Below are positions 40,001 to 51,968 of a stretch of DNA of 64,000 bases, in pieces. The position numbers were made by a program, and so were the translations under genes. Source of the DNA: Geosiphon pyriformis uo1. Taxonomy: Eukaryota; Fungi; Glomeromycota. How positions within the stretch are numbered: the first letter of the stretch is position 1; the number at the start of each line of letters is the position of its first letter. Location: NCBI GenBank assembly GCA_016748015.1, contig JAAOMT010000031.1, forward strand, positions 1-64,000. The letters are read 5' to 3'. The notes beneath the pieces are model-generated. The model was not told the DNA's origin. It did no database searches and was given only the letters and a program-made list of their open reading frames with translations.

Positions 40001-42059
40001 TGTCACATTTGATGTGGACATGTCTGTTAATGATATATTGATGGCACTTCCAGAGGTATAGTGATAGAATAGGTTGTTTGGGGACTCAACTCTAGTTTTC
40101 TTCCAAGTAAGTGGTTGTATTCTTTGAGATGTTACTGCTGGAGTTTGTAGTTTTTTTTTGCTTTTACATGTGTAAGTAATTGGGTATCTTTGCTGTGTGT
40201 AATGTTCAATTTCTTTGTTGATCTTAGTGATGATGGATGTGAAATTATGATTTGTGAGTAGGCTGGTGTTTTGAATTAATTTGTTGTAAAAAGTTTCTCT
40301 TGCTGATTCAATATTCACAGATGTTCCCAACAGATAGACAATCCTTTCATTGACATAGAAATTGAAAGCTGATTCTGCTGATATGTGATTATGGGTTAAT
40401 CCCAAATGTTGACAGTAATGTTAAAATAAGAATTTTGCAAATCCTAGATGGTTTGCTCCGATATTTTCTGAATCTGCTACTTTTGAATGGGGTTGTTGGT
40501 GCTGGTTCTCTGTAGGATTATATTTCACAGGGAGCACCAAATGTTACAAGTAATTATTTGGGGTCTCAAATCAAATAACAAACTCATAACTTGATGCTAA
40601 AAGTTATTTGCATTGATGTTATTAATCTGAAGGTTTTGTATCTGAAGGTTTTGGTTTGAGTTCTTTGTATAATGAACAGAGATTCAATAGTTGTTTTATC
40701 CATAGCTTTCTAGAATCGCAATTCTGTCAATTCTTCTCTTGGCATGATGGCCAGCAATCCTCTGGTAAGTATTTTGTATCTTCTGTATATGTCTTACCCT
40801 CTCGCAGAGGTTTTTTACCAGGCAATCCTTGATGTCAGTAATCTAGCACTTTATTCAACCAATTAGTGCACAACAATAAAATAAAAAAATAAAAAATACA
40901 GAAAAGAAATAAAAGAAAATGATAAATAAGCCAAAGCAGTTTTGCAAGTTAGTATTCCATCAATAGCTGTGATCAAGAGCTATTGTTTCAGTGTGTTTTA
41001 AGTATTAATTACTATTAACATGGAGTGTTGATAGTAGAATTAAGTTTGAGATACCAAATAGTTATTTATTGTGTTTGGAAGATTGTCTAGATAAAATCTA
41101 AACTGGGAGGTCTGTTTTTTTAGCTTCTATTACTACTGCTATATATACATAATTGAGATTCCTCAATTCTTCAATTCTTCACAACAGAAATCCTGAAATT
41201 TCTGGAATCCTGCGATTCCATTGAGAGGAATCCTAGAATTCTGGAATCCTGCAATTCTTTGTGTAAGAATTCTACAATTCCTGGAATCCTGCAATTCCTG
41301 TAAGAGGAATCCTAAAATTCCACATTTACTATGTTTACTTCTGATTGGCTAATAACTATGCTAATATATTTTCTATATTTTTATGAGTAATATTGTATAA
41401 TGTCTTGCTTCATTGTTTGGTAAGCAAATAATATTGATAGTATTATTACGGGTTGGAGTAACAAGCTAATGGATAGCAAGAGAGAACAGGATTGTAAAGT
41501 AATGGAAATAATCAAAGGGGAATTCAACTTTAAAAAGCAAATTGAATGAGTATGGATTTAATGTACAAAATCAGTCTCATAAAATATCTCAGTCACTATT
41601 CTTTTCAAAGGTAACTGGAGAATCTAAAGATAGAGAGATAGTCCATACTGTCAACAATTAATCACCACTGGTATAATTCTATGCCTCATGTTGGCACTCT
41701 TAGAATTCAATATCAGGTATCAACTTGTGCTTTTCAGTCACGTTTATTTAAATAATCTTTAAATGCTACAATTATATATGTCAGAAAAAAACCAACAAGT
41801 AATCTTTTATCTTTAAGATGTTCAGATACTTGAAGATAGGGAAAGGAAAATTAGCAATAAGAGAAGGATTGAGATGAAAGTTGTTATTTTATTTATTCTT
41901 GATTATTCAAATGCTTGTTATTATATGCTTTTCTATAGCTAAGAGATTCATCACTTATATAGCTATCAAAAGTGGTTAATAATTATTTTCTAAAAATAGT
42001 GTGGCTAATCATATGACATCAGTGGCTAATACATGTAATAATTAATAAAAAGTATAGGT

Positions 42060-42794
42060 CTAAACCATAATATTATCTTCTTCAAAAAGATTGAGCTCCA
42101 GCGAAATCAAACTATTTAAGAGATACTCTATTTGAAGGGTTTTATCTAACTCAAAACTAACTAGTTTGTTGAAGTCTTTTGTAGATAAAGTATATAAAAC
42201 TTGAGGCAAAATAAGCTTTGTGTTTAAGAGACCAAATCTTTGTATAAGAGTTTTGGCTCTTCTTGCAATGGTTAAAACTCTTGGGACATCTAATCGTACA
42301 ATGTCCAAAATTTCCACTTGTATCTCAGAAGTTGTTTTTTTTATGAGCTTCATGTCTTCTATGATTTTACTAAGGCAATCATAGAGTTCTAGTTGTCTTT
42401 CATATGACAAGTTTTTGTCTATGGGCAAGATTTTTTTAATTGTTTTTCCAATTGTGATAGAAGATGCAAGTATTGCTGCTGTTATACTTTCCAGCAAATA
42501 CTTATCTATTTTGCTACTAATTTTTTCTCTTCTGGTAGTTGTTTTCTTTGGTCTAATAACAGTATGTGTTCCACTGTTGTCAGTTATTGTAGTTTGTTTT
42601 CCAATGGTCAGAGTAGTATTTGGATAGTTTTTAATCCAATACTCATGAAGAGTATAGAAAGCATTTTGAATGTTTTGATCCAAAAAATAATTGTTTATGT
42701 CAATTGAAGATACCTCTGTTTTGGGAGTGGTGCATTTATTTATATCTGATTTTTGCTGATCATTTGGGTTGGTATTATCATAACAGATAACCAA
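42060..42794 (-). CDS. Element C1 ORF3 (open, unknown function)
   Basis: 244-aa ORF downstream of integrase ending ELNLFEEDNIMV across the PPT/LTR border; homologue in C2 at about 58349-59005. Confidence 0.65.
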   Translation of the reverse strand: MVICYDNTNPNDQQKSDINKCTTPKTEVSSIDINNYFLDQNIQNAFYTLHEYWIKNYPNTTLTIGKQTTITDNSGTHTVIRPKKTTTRREKISSKIDKYLLESITAAILASSITIGKTIKKILPIDKNLSYERQLELYDCLSKIIEDMKLIKKTTSEIQVEILDIVRLDVPRVLTIARRAKTLIQRFGLLNTKLILPQVLYTLSTKDFNKLVSFELDKTLQIEYLLNSLISLELNLFEEDNIMV

Positions 42795-45700
42795 TCAGAT
42801 TGTTTGTGATATTTCTTGAGTCGCGTGTTATGAACAGGATGATCATTAAAGATTGTTCCAGATTGATCTTGAAGAATATAAAAACCATTGTTCAGAACTT
42901 TGTTGACTATAAAGAGTCCTTTCCATCGGCTAGGGAATTTATCACCATAGACATTGTCTTTGTCTGAATGATATTCTAAAACCAAGTCACCAATGCTTAA
43001 GGAAAGTGTTTTATAGGTTTTTTTTTTCTTAAGCTTCTCTTGGAACTGTTTTATTTTTTCAAAGGCAATTATTTGTGTTTCTACCAATGAATCAAGAATA
43101 GTATCAAGTCTTTTTTGCAAAAGTTTTTGTAATTTCCTATTGTGATTTCTTCAAAGAGTATTGTCTCAATATCAGTTTCTATTGGTAGTGTTGCTATTTG
43201 TCCATAGAACAGGTAAAAAGGTTCATAATTTGTTATGTCATGATTCACAGTTCTATAAGCAAACAAAGCTGAAAGCAGTACTTTGTCCTATAAGTTTATT
43301 TCTTCATTTGTTTTGGCTAAGGTTTTACACAGTGTTCTATTAAAACGTTCCACTAGGCCATTTGTTTGGAAGTGATAAAAGGAAGAAAGTTTGTGATGTA
43401 TTCCCATTTTTCTACAAAGTTCTTTAACCAGTGTACTGAGAAAAGCTCTTTCTCTATCAGATAAAAGTTCTTTGGGGCAGCCATGGCAACAATTGATATC
43501 TTCATAAATGAAATTAGCAATGGAAACTGCTGTTTGATCTGGGATGACTCTTGCTTTTACTCACTTTGTAAGATAGTCAGTAGCTGTGATAATGTATCTA
43601 TTGCCATTAGGAGTTACTGTTAATGGTCCAACAACATCTATACCAATTCTGTCAAAGGGTTGGCCAACAAAGATTGAATGGATGTCTTTTTTATGATTGG
43701 GTTTTCTTCTTCTTTGGCAAGTATTACAGGTTTTGATGTACTCAGCAATTTTTTTTCCCAAGGTAGGCCAATAATAGCGAGCTAAAGTTTTCTGAATTGT
43801 TTTTGTTTTTCTAAAGTGTTCAGCTAATGGATCAGTGTGCATGTTATAGATCAGAATTTCTCTTTCTTCAAATTTTATGACTTTCTAAAGGCAGTTAAGA
43901 TCTTTTCTATTTCTTTTATATAATTGGTTCTGGTGGATCAAATAAAAATTTGATTGTTTGTGCAAATGTTCTCTTTGCTGTTAAGTGTATTCTGGTGGAT
44001 ATTGTCCTTTACCCAAAAATTTTATTAAGACAGAGTAGTTGTTCAAGTCTATTATTGTGTTTGGTTGTAAGAGAATTACTAATAATTAAGTTGGTTTGGT
44101 TTGGAAGGTTGTACTGTCACTTGATAGTAAGTCTGGAGAAAGTGTCAACGTTTTAATGATTAGCTCTTTTATGGTGTTGAATATCATAGTCGAATTCATC
44201 CAAATGGAATATTTAGTGGGCTATCCATTTATGTTCTAGCTTTTTCTTTTTGTGCAGCCAAACCAAAGATTGGTGATTTGTTACCACTAAAAACTTCACA
44301 CCAAGGAGATACTTATCCCAGTAGCTGGTAGCCCAAACTACTGCTAAGCATTCCTGCTCAGTAACTAAATAGTTCTTTTCTGCTGGTGTAAGGGTTCTAC
44401 TGGCATAGGCTATTGCATGTTCTCTGCCATCTTCATCTTTTTGTGAGAAAACAGCACCAAGTTCATAGTCAGATGCATCAGTGTAAAGGATAAAAGGTTG
44501 ATCCAGATCAGATTGCTTGAGAATAGGTTTTGTAACCAATTTTTTTTTGAGGGTTTCAAATGCTTTCTGCTGATGTATGCCCCAATAGTAGTTGATATTT
44601 TTTCTGAGTAGCTGATTGAGTAAAGAGGCAATTTTGGAGAAATCCTTAACAAATTTGCGATAATAGGAGGCCAAACCAAGAAAAGAACATAACTCATGAA
44701 CATTCATTGGTTGTTTTATGTTCTGAACTTTTTTCACTGATTCAAATACTTTATCCATTAAGCATTGAAAGATGGGAGGGGCATTGGTAAGACCAAAAGG
44801 CATGACTGTGAATTCATAGGTGCCATACTTGGTGATGAAGGCAGTTTTCTTCTGGCTTTCTGGATTCATCTCTACTTGCCAGAATTCAGCAATTAGATCA
44901 ATGGTTGAAAAGAAAGCAGCACTCTTGAATTGATCTAGCATTGCATCAATCTTGGAAAATATGTACATGTCTTTTTCAGTAATGGCACTTAATTAGCAGT
45001 AGTCAATACAGAAGTATAGGGTTCCACTTTTCTTGGATACCACTACAACTAAGAAAGCCTATTCACTCTTGGTTTCTTGTATGAATCCAAGTTCTTTCAT
45101 CTGGTTTATTTTTTTCTTGATAAACTCATCATTTCGGCGATTGAATTGGTAAGGCTTTAAATAGATGGGGTGAGTTTTTCTGGTGGTAATGGTGTGTTGT
45201 ATCACATGGGTTCATCCAGAGGTATTACCTTTTTTTGAGATAACTGGGCTGTTTCTAGCCAGCAGATTTTCAATGTCTATTTTTCTTTCTTTTGAAGAGT
45301 GTTCTCTTTGTTCTACAACTAGTGATTGGATTTCAGGTGGTTTATTTTCAAAGGACTTTTGGATTTCTTTCAATTCTTCTCTAAGTATTAAACTGATTGG
45401 TTCCCAATCTTTGTAATAGATCAGGCATGATTTGTATTTATCACTTGGAGAATACAAGGGTTGGTTGCACCAGCATTGGGCACAAAGACCATGCCACCAA
45501 TAATGGTACTTGGCTTTCTTGCCAGGTTTTTGGTTAAAGGTTCTTCTAAGAATATCATAATAGGACCAGCAGATCAGCTTGTTATTCACAATGATTCCTT
45601 TTTTGTCAGCTTTGACATTGTCCAGTGGCTTGCCATTGCTGGTGAAGGTAGTGTATGCGAGTTCAGCAGTTTCTTTTTGTTCTTCTTGTTTTTCTTTTTC

Positions 45701-46554
45701 ATCACTCTTTTCATCATCTGATTTATCTGATTGTTCTTCTTCTTGATCCTGTTTGGTTGCTAGAGGAGTTGTCCAATGGCGACATTTAACCACAATGGGT
45801 TTTTCACCACATCTTATGATTAGTTCACAAAGTTCATAGTCAAGTAAGGCTTTTGCTTTCTTGAGCCACTCATTGCCAACAATGATGATGTATTCCTTTG
45901 CTTCAAAAACCTCCATATCAGTTTCAATGCTAATGCTATTGATGCAGACAGGAATAGCTTTGGCAATACCAAGACTTTTCTTTTTATTGCCATGTATATT
46001 AATCATAGGTCTGGTGGAAGGTTTGTCAATTTTTCTGCCAATTGCTTCTAAGAAATGTTTGGCAATGACACTCACGGATGATCCACTGTCTAGGATCAAG
46101 TCAATGAAATAACCAGCCACTTGGGCTTTGCAAATTAAAGGGGTAACATTGCTGTTGTCAGCAAGTCCAGCTTGACGAGGGCATTTGTTGGTTTTTGGTA
46201 TTTTCTTCTTGGGGATCAGAGATTTGTGGAAATCTTTTCTAAACTGTGGATGAGTCATCAGCTGGCCAAAGGTAATATTTGCTGGGGTTTCCATGAGATC
46301 TTTAACAACAAAATAAGGTCCAGATTTTTGTACTATTTCTGGGAATTCTAGCTTTGGAGAATTCTTAAAAACTTTAGTCTTTGATGACTCATTATTATCA
46401 ACAGTTAATGTGGATGGTTTGTTTGAATTCAAAATAAAATCAATCTTGGCTTTCTTCTTCTTTTTTGTTGATTCTGTGGTGTTAATTGCTAGTTTATTCA
46501 TGTCATAGTTATCATTAGTTAAGTTAAAGGCGTAAAAGGGGTTTTTTTCTGGTT

Positions 46555-46597
46555 GGCTTGCACTCTCACCCTTTGGAAGTGCACCTACCAGTTTAAA
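46555..46597 (-). promoter_or_regulatory. -1 ribosomal frameshift signal at the C1 gag/pol junction
   Basis: T TTA AAC slippery heptamer, then the gag stop (tgg tag) and a stem-loop tgcact...agtgca; pol ORF 45212-46501 is in the -1 frame relative to gag ORF 46702-46905. Confidence 0.75.
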
Positions 46598-48720
46598 AGC
46601 TGATAAACAGTGGCTTCAACTAGGGGATTCTCTCCAAAAAAATTGATGTTGGTATGGTTGGATCTTTAATTGGGAGCATTATTGTTGATGGATCTATTGT
46701 TTTAATTGTCATTATTTCTGAGGACTGGAGGAGGTAAAAGAGAATTATTGCAATCTCTTGAGAAATGTCCAGTTAATCCACATCTATAATATACAGAAGG
46801 ACCACGATTTTGCTGTCTTTGATAAGAAGGTTGCTGGGACTGATTAAAACATGGTTCATATCTGAGTCTTTGTGGTTGTTGGTTATCTCTAACTGCTTGT
46901 GCCAAAAGTTCTAATAACCAGACAAAATTGGCTATAAGTCTATCAATTAATTGTTCATTTGGATGTTAAGTTTAAGCAGCAAAAGAGGCAGCAGCCATTT
47001 GAGAGGCAGGAGCCATAACAGGAGCAGGAGCAAAAACTGGAAGTGTAGATCTCAAATGTATTCTTTGGTTGTCTTCAATTCGTTGGGCAAGTTCAATGGT
47101 CATGTCCATTGTAGGATTGTCTTTCAGAGCCAAAAGAGGCCAAAGAGCATAAGATATATCAGTTCTCAATCCTTTTGTGAAGGAATGAATCTTTTGCTCT
47201 TCTGTCCAATTTCTTTCAGAGTCTACATGCTTGATTAACTTTCTGATTGCTTTAGCATATTCAGTTACAATTTCACCAGGGCCTTGAGTTTTTTTTTCTA
47301 ATTCCATGTACCACTTGGATATCAAAATTGGGGTTCTGAACTTGTTTTCAAACTGGGTTGTGAAAAAAATGTTGTTTTCTTTAGTATTTGGTGGCATCCA
47401 TCTAATGATTCTTTGATGGGCATTAGCATCAGTTTTCTGTGAGAATCAGATAGCAGGAGAGCCTTGGAGATAGCCACCAATAATTTGAAACTTGTACTCA
47501 TCATTGTATTGGTTGGCTGTAGTAGCTCTTTTAAAGTCATCTAACTATTCAATTGGATCTTGTGCATTGCTTCTGAATAATGATAGTGGGGTGTTGTTTC
47601 TTCATCCCAAAGCAGTTTGTATGTCTTGAAGGGTGGTCAAGATGTTTACTTGCATTGGATCTTGGGCCATTGGTTCAGAAGTTACTATTTGTGTGGAGTG
47701 CTCTAATTCATTTAAGAAGAGATCAAAAATAGGGGCTGTTTGGTAGCTTTTTTCTTCTGTTTCAAGAGAAGTTACTGTTGATTGATGGGAAGCAATCCAA
47801 ATGTGGATTTGATGATTCAGATATTCGAAATCAGGGGGCTGTTGTTCAAAGATTGTAGAATATAAGAGCTGATTGATACTGTTGTTTTTTTCTTCAAAGC
47901 TGTCTTCAAAATAAGTTTGATCAAAGTAATAGGTTGTATAAGTTGTGTAGATTTCAGCTGAATGCTCATTCAGAAACCAGTTCCAAAAGTCTTGGAATTG
48001 TCTGCTGGATTGTTTTTCAATGGAGAAGCAGATCAAGCAGGAGGACAAAGGATTAAGTTCAATGAAATCTAGATCGTTTTTGTTGTGTGTTGCAAAGTGT
48101 TCTTCTGATTGCTATGGCAGATATGAGTAATCACTCATACAATAAGGGAATAAGTGAATTTTGACAACCTCACAGGGAGCACCATTTTTATGTTACGGGT
48201 TGGAGTAACAAGCTAATGGATAGCAAGGGAGAACAGTATTGTATGGTGATGGAAATAAACAAAGAAGGAATTACAATAAGGGAGCGAATTGAATAAGTAG
48301 GAATTCAATGTGTGTGATCAGTCTCATAAAATATCTCAGTTGCTATTCTTTCAAAGATAACTGGAGAATCTGAAAGTAGAAGGATAGTCCGTACTGTCAA
48401 CAATTAATCACCACTGATATAATTCTATGCTTTACATCAGTGCTCTTAGAATTCAATATCAAGTATTAACTTGTGTTTTTCAATTATGTTTATTCAAATA
48501 ATCTTCAAATGCTACAATTATATACATCAGGAAAAGGCCAACAAGTAATCTTTTATTTTTAAGATGTTCAGATACTTGAAGATAGGAAAAAAGAAATTAG
48601 CAATAAGAGAAGGATTGAGATGAAAGTTGTTATTTTATTTATTTTTGATTATTCAGATGCTTGTTATTACATGCTTTTTTACAGCTAAGAGATTCATCGC
48701 TTATATAGCTATCAAAAGTT

Positions 48721-48838
48721 GTCAATGATCAGGTCAATGACTAGGTCAATGATCAAATCAATAATCAGGTCAATAATCAGGTCAATGATCAGGTCAATGA
48801 TCAGGTCAACAGTCAGATCATTGATTAGGTCAATGATC
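48721..48838. repeat. About 10 x 12-bp tandem repeat (gtcaatgatcag) in the C1 5' LTR only
   Basis: Visible array; the equivalent site in the 3' LTR (about 41974-41985) has one unit. Confidence 0.88.
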
Positions 48839-51800
48839 ACTTTCTAAAAATAGTGTGGCTAATCATATGACATCAGTGGCTAATACATGTGATAATTAAT
48901 AAGAAGTATAAGTCTCAACCATAATAGTATGAACAAATTCCATTCATCTTGGTTTTCTTGGCTGATCTTGGCTATTACTTTACACAGTGTTCTGTTGAAC
49001 CTTTCAACTAATCCATTTGTTTGTGGATGGTATAGTAATGATAATGGTCTTTTTATCCCAAATCTTTGACTTAATTTTGTCAATATTTTATTTACAAAGT
49101 GAGTTCCTTGATTCAATAGTAATTTTTTTGGACATCTATGTTAACAAATCAAATCTTGATGAACAAATTTGGCAACAGATTCTGCATCCACTTTTTGAAT
49201 GGCTTTTGCTTCTGGCCATTTTGTGAGATAATTTATGGCTATTGCAATATATCTGTTGCCTCTGCTGGTAATTGTTAATAGTCTGACTAAGTTAATTCCA
49301 ATATGATCGAATGGTTGTTCAACTTTGATTGGTCTTAATGATTTACTGGGTTTTGTTCCATCTTTTCTTTGACAAGCATCACAATTTTGAACATATTGAA
49401 TAATGTTCAGATACATTGATGGCCAATAATATCTTTTTTTAATTTTTTTTATGGTTGCTTCTTTGTAAAAGTGTTCTGTTGTTGGATCTGAATACATATT
49501 AAATAATATTGTCTTTTTTTTTGGTTTTGTAATTACTCTGGTTGGTTGATTTAGATTTCTTTTGTTTTTCTGGTAAAGTATATTTTGATGGTTGATAAAA
49601 TATTTTGATTGCTGTTTTATGTTGTTTTGTTCTTTTTGAGATAATTTCTTCTTGAACAATTTGGTATTTATATAATGTTGGAGTTGTTGGTATTTTTGTA
49701 TATTCATCTTTTGTTATATTTTTGGGTTTGAAATGTTTTTAGATTTGTCTCATTTATAACAGTCCATCAGCATTTCCATTTTTTTTTTCTTTTTTGTAAT
49801 GTACTGTATAATTAAATGATAAAAGTTCTATTTTCTATTTAACATGGCAATCATCTCCAAATTCTTGCTTCTGGATTAAAGTCAATCCTTTGTGATCAGT
49901 ATACATATCAAACTTTTGACTCAAGTATTCTTTCCATTTGATAATGGCTCAATAGATAGCCAAGTGTTCTAGTGCTAGAGTTCCATAATTTTTCTCAGCT
50001 GGACTTAAGCTTCTGCTGGCATAAGCTACTGGGTATTCTCATCTATTTATTCTTTTTTGAAATAATACTGCTCCCAATGCTTGACCAGATGTATCAGTTG
50101 TGATTATGAATGGCTTGTTATGATCTGAATAGATTAATACTGGAGCTTGAATAAGCTTTCTTCTTAATGTATTAAAAGCTTCTTGCTGAGTTTCTGTCCA
50201 TTCATATTTGGTGTTCTTTGTTTGGAGTTGATGTAGTGATTGAGCTATTTTGGAAAAATCTTTGATAAAGCAGCAGTAGTATTCAGCAAATTCCAAAAAT
50301 GCTCTTAATTCTGTAAGATTATTTGGTACTGAAAAGTTTTTAACAATTTCAATCTTGTTTGGATCTGTTTTGATACCGTCTTTGTTTACAACATGTCCCA
50401 AAAACTTGAGTTTTGTTTTGCCAAAGAAGTATTTATTGGCATTTAATTTCAATCTTGTTTATCTGAATCTTTCAAATACTTGTTGAAAATAATGCAGATG
50501 ATCATTGAATGTGTTTGAGAATATATTGATGTTATTTAGATATATGATTACTGATTTTCATAGTAGTTTCATATAGACAATTTCCATAAGCCATTAAAAT
50601 GTGGCTGGAGCATTCATCAAGCCAAATAACATCATTTTAAATTCAAAGTTTTTTTCTCAAGTTGTAAAAGCCATTTTCTCTTTGTCTTTTGGTTTTATGG
50701 CTACTTGCCAGTAATTACTGTTTAAGCCTAAAGTCAAGAATCATTTCTTTCCTACAAAAGTGTTAAACAGCTCTTGGATCTTTGGTGTTGGGTAACTATC
50801 TTCTTTTGTCACTCCATTCAGTTTCTAGTAATCTACACAAAAGCAAAATTTTCTATTTTTCTTACAGATTAGTATCACTGGTAATGCTATGAGCTCATTG
50901 ATAGCTGAATTAGTCTGTTGTCAAGCATCTGATTGATTTCTTGATGAATGATCTCATGGCTAACTAGTGGTACTCAGTATGCTTTTTGTTTAATTGGCAT
51001 TGTATCTCCAGTTTTGATCTGGTGCTGAATTATGTCAGTTCTTCCAAATTCATTTTTGCTGGCAAAAATGTCATTAAAGTTGTTGAGTAATATCTTAAGC
51101 TGTATATTTTGTAGTGGGTCTAGATTTCTTAAGTTTATCTGTTCCAATTGTTCTGGTTGAAGCAAATAACATTTTTCTCATCTGTATATTGTCTGAAATA
51201 TGATATCTATATATCCACACAGTTGTGAAAAGTCTGGAATAGTGTTTGGCAGTTGGTTTTCAACTTTAGTGGTCAAATATCTAATAGTAGTTTTTTTTAG
51301 TATCTTAATGGTATTTCTTGTGTTGTTGTAAATGGGAATTTTGAGGTGTCTGTGGTTCTTGGCTGGTATATATAGATTGACTAATCTAATCTTTCCTGAT
51401 TCATAAAGTGTTGTTTCTGCCTCAAAAATCTGAATTTGATTCTTTACTTTTCTCTCTATGATTACTATGTACTGATTATATGGTAGAATAAAAATTGATT
51501 AACAAATAGAGATAATTTTTCTTTTGTTAATAATTTTTTCCTTTGCCATATTAATTGGTATGTCTATTCTACCCATGGATCCAAAATCTTGTATCCCTCT
51601 AGCTGTAATTCCTAATTCTTTCCTGTTTTCTACTGATACTAATTGAGCTATTTTAACCAAAGACAGAAATATTGCCTGTGCTATTTTTTCATTTGGCTTT
51701 ATGATGTAGGCCTTTTCTGAGTTATTTTATAGTATTGCAATAATGTTTCCTACATATCTTGCATTAATTATTTCTCCTCTGATGTTAATTCTCTTTTTTG

Positions 51801-51968
51801 CTAGACTATTTTTAGATGCTAATTAAACTATTGTTGTTGCTAGAATTTCCAGTGCTATTTTAAGATCAATGCAGGTGTGCAAGTGTGGTTCTAATTTGAT
51901 GGCATCTTTTCCCAGATATCTTAGATCAAACCTTGCATTAGTATTATGCACATGTTTTGGCATGATAC

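Larger units (their letters stand above)
32469..41392 (-). mobile_element. Ty3/Gypsy element B3 (3' LTR 32469-33334, 5' LTR 40542-41392; TSD ttgt) with an internal deletion near 37550
   Basis: Matching LTR pair, ttgt flanks, PBS tggtgctccctgtga (40524-40539), PPT at about 33335-33350, and gag, LILDSG, partial dUTPase, RT, RH, INT and ORF3 remnants. Confidence 0.93.
41444..48926 (-). mobile_element. Ty3/Gypsy element C1 (3' LTR 41444-42072, 5' LTR 48191-48926; TSD gtat), RT core deleted
   Basis: LTR pair, gtat flanks, PBS tggtgctccctgtgagg (48168-48184), and gag, LILDSGSS, RT, YTDAS, INT and ORF3. No dUTPase. Confidence 0.93.

Noticed and set aside
48721-48838. Short repeat arrays as CRISPR-like (also 30975-31170, 33100-33263, 63660-63735)
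   Set aside because: Head-to-tail repeats without unique spacers, located inside LTRs, with no cas genes
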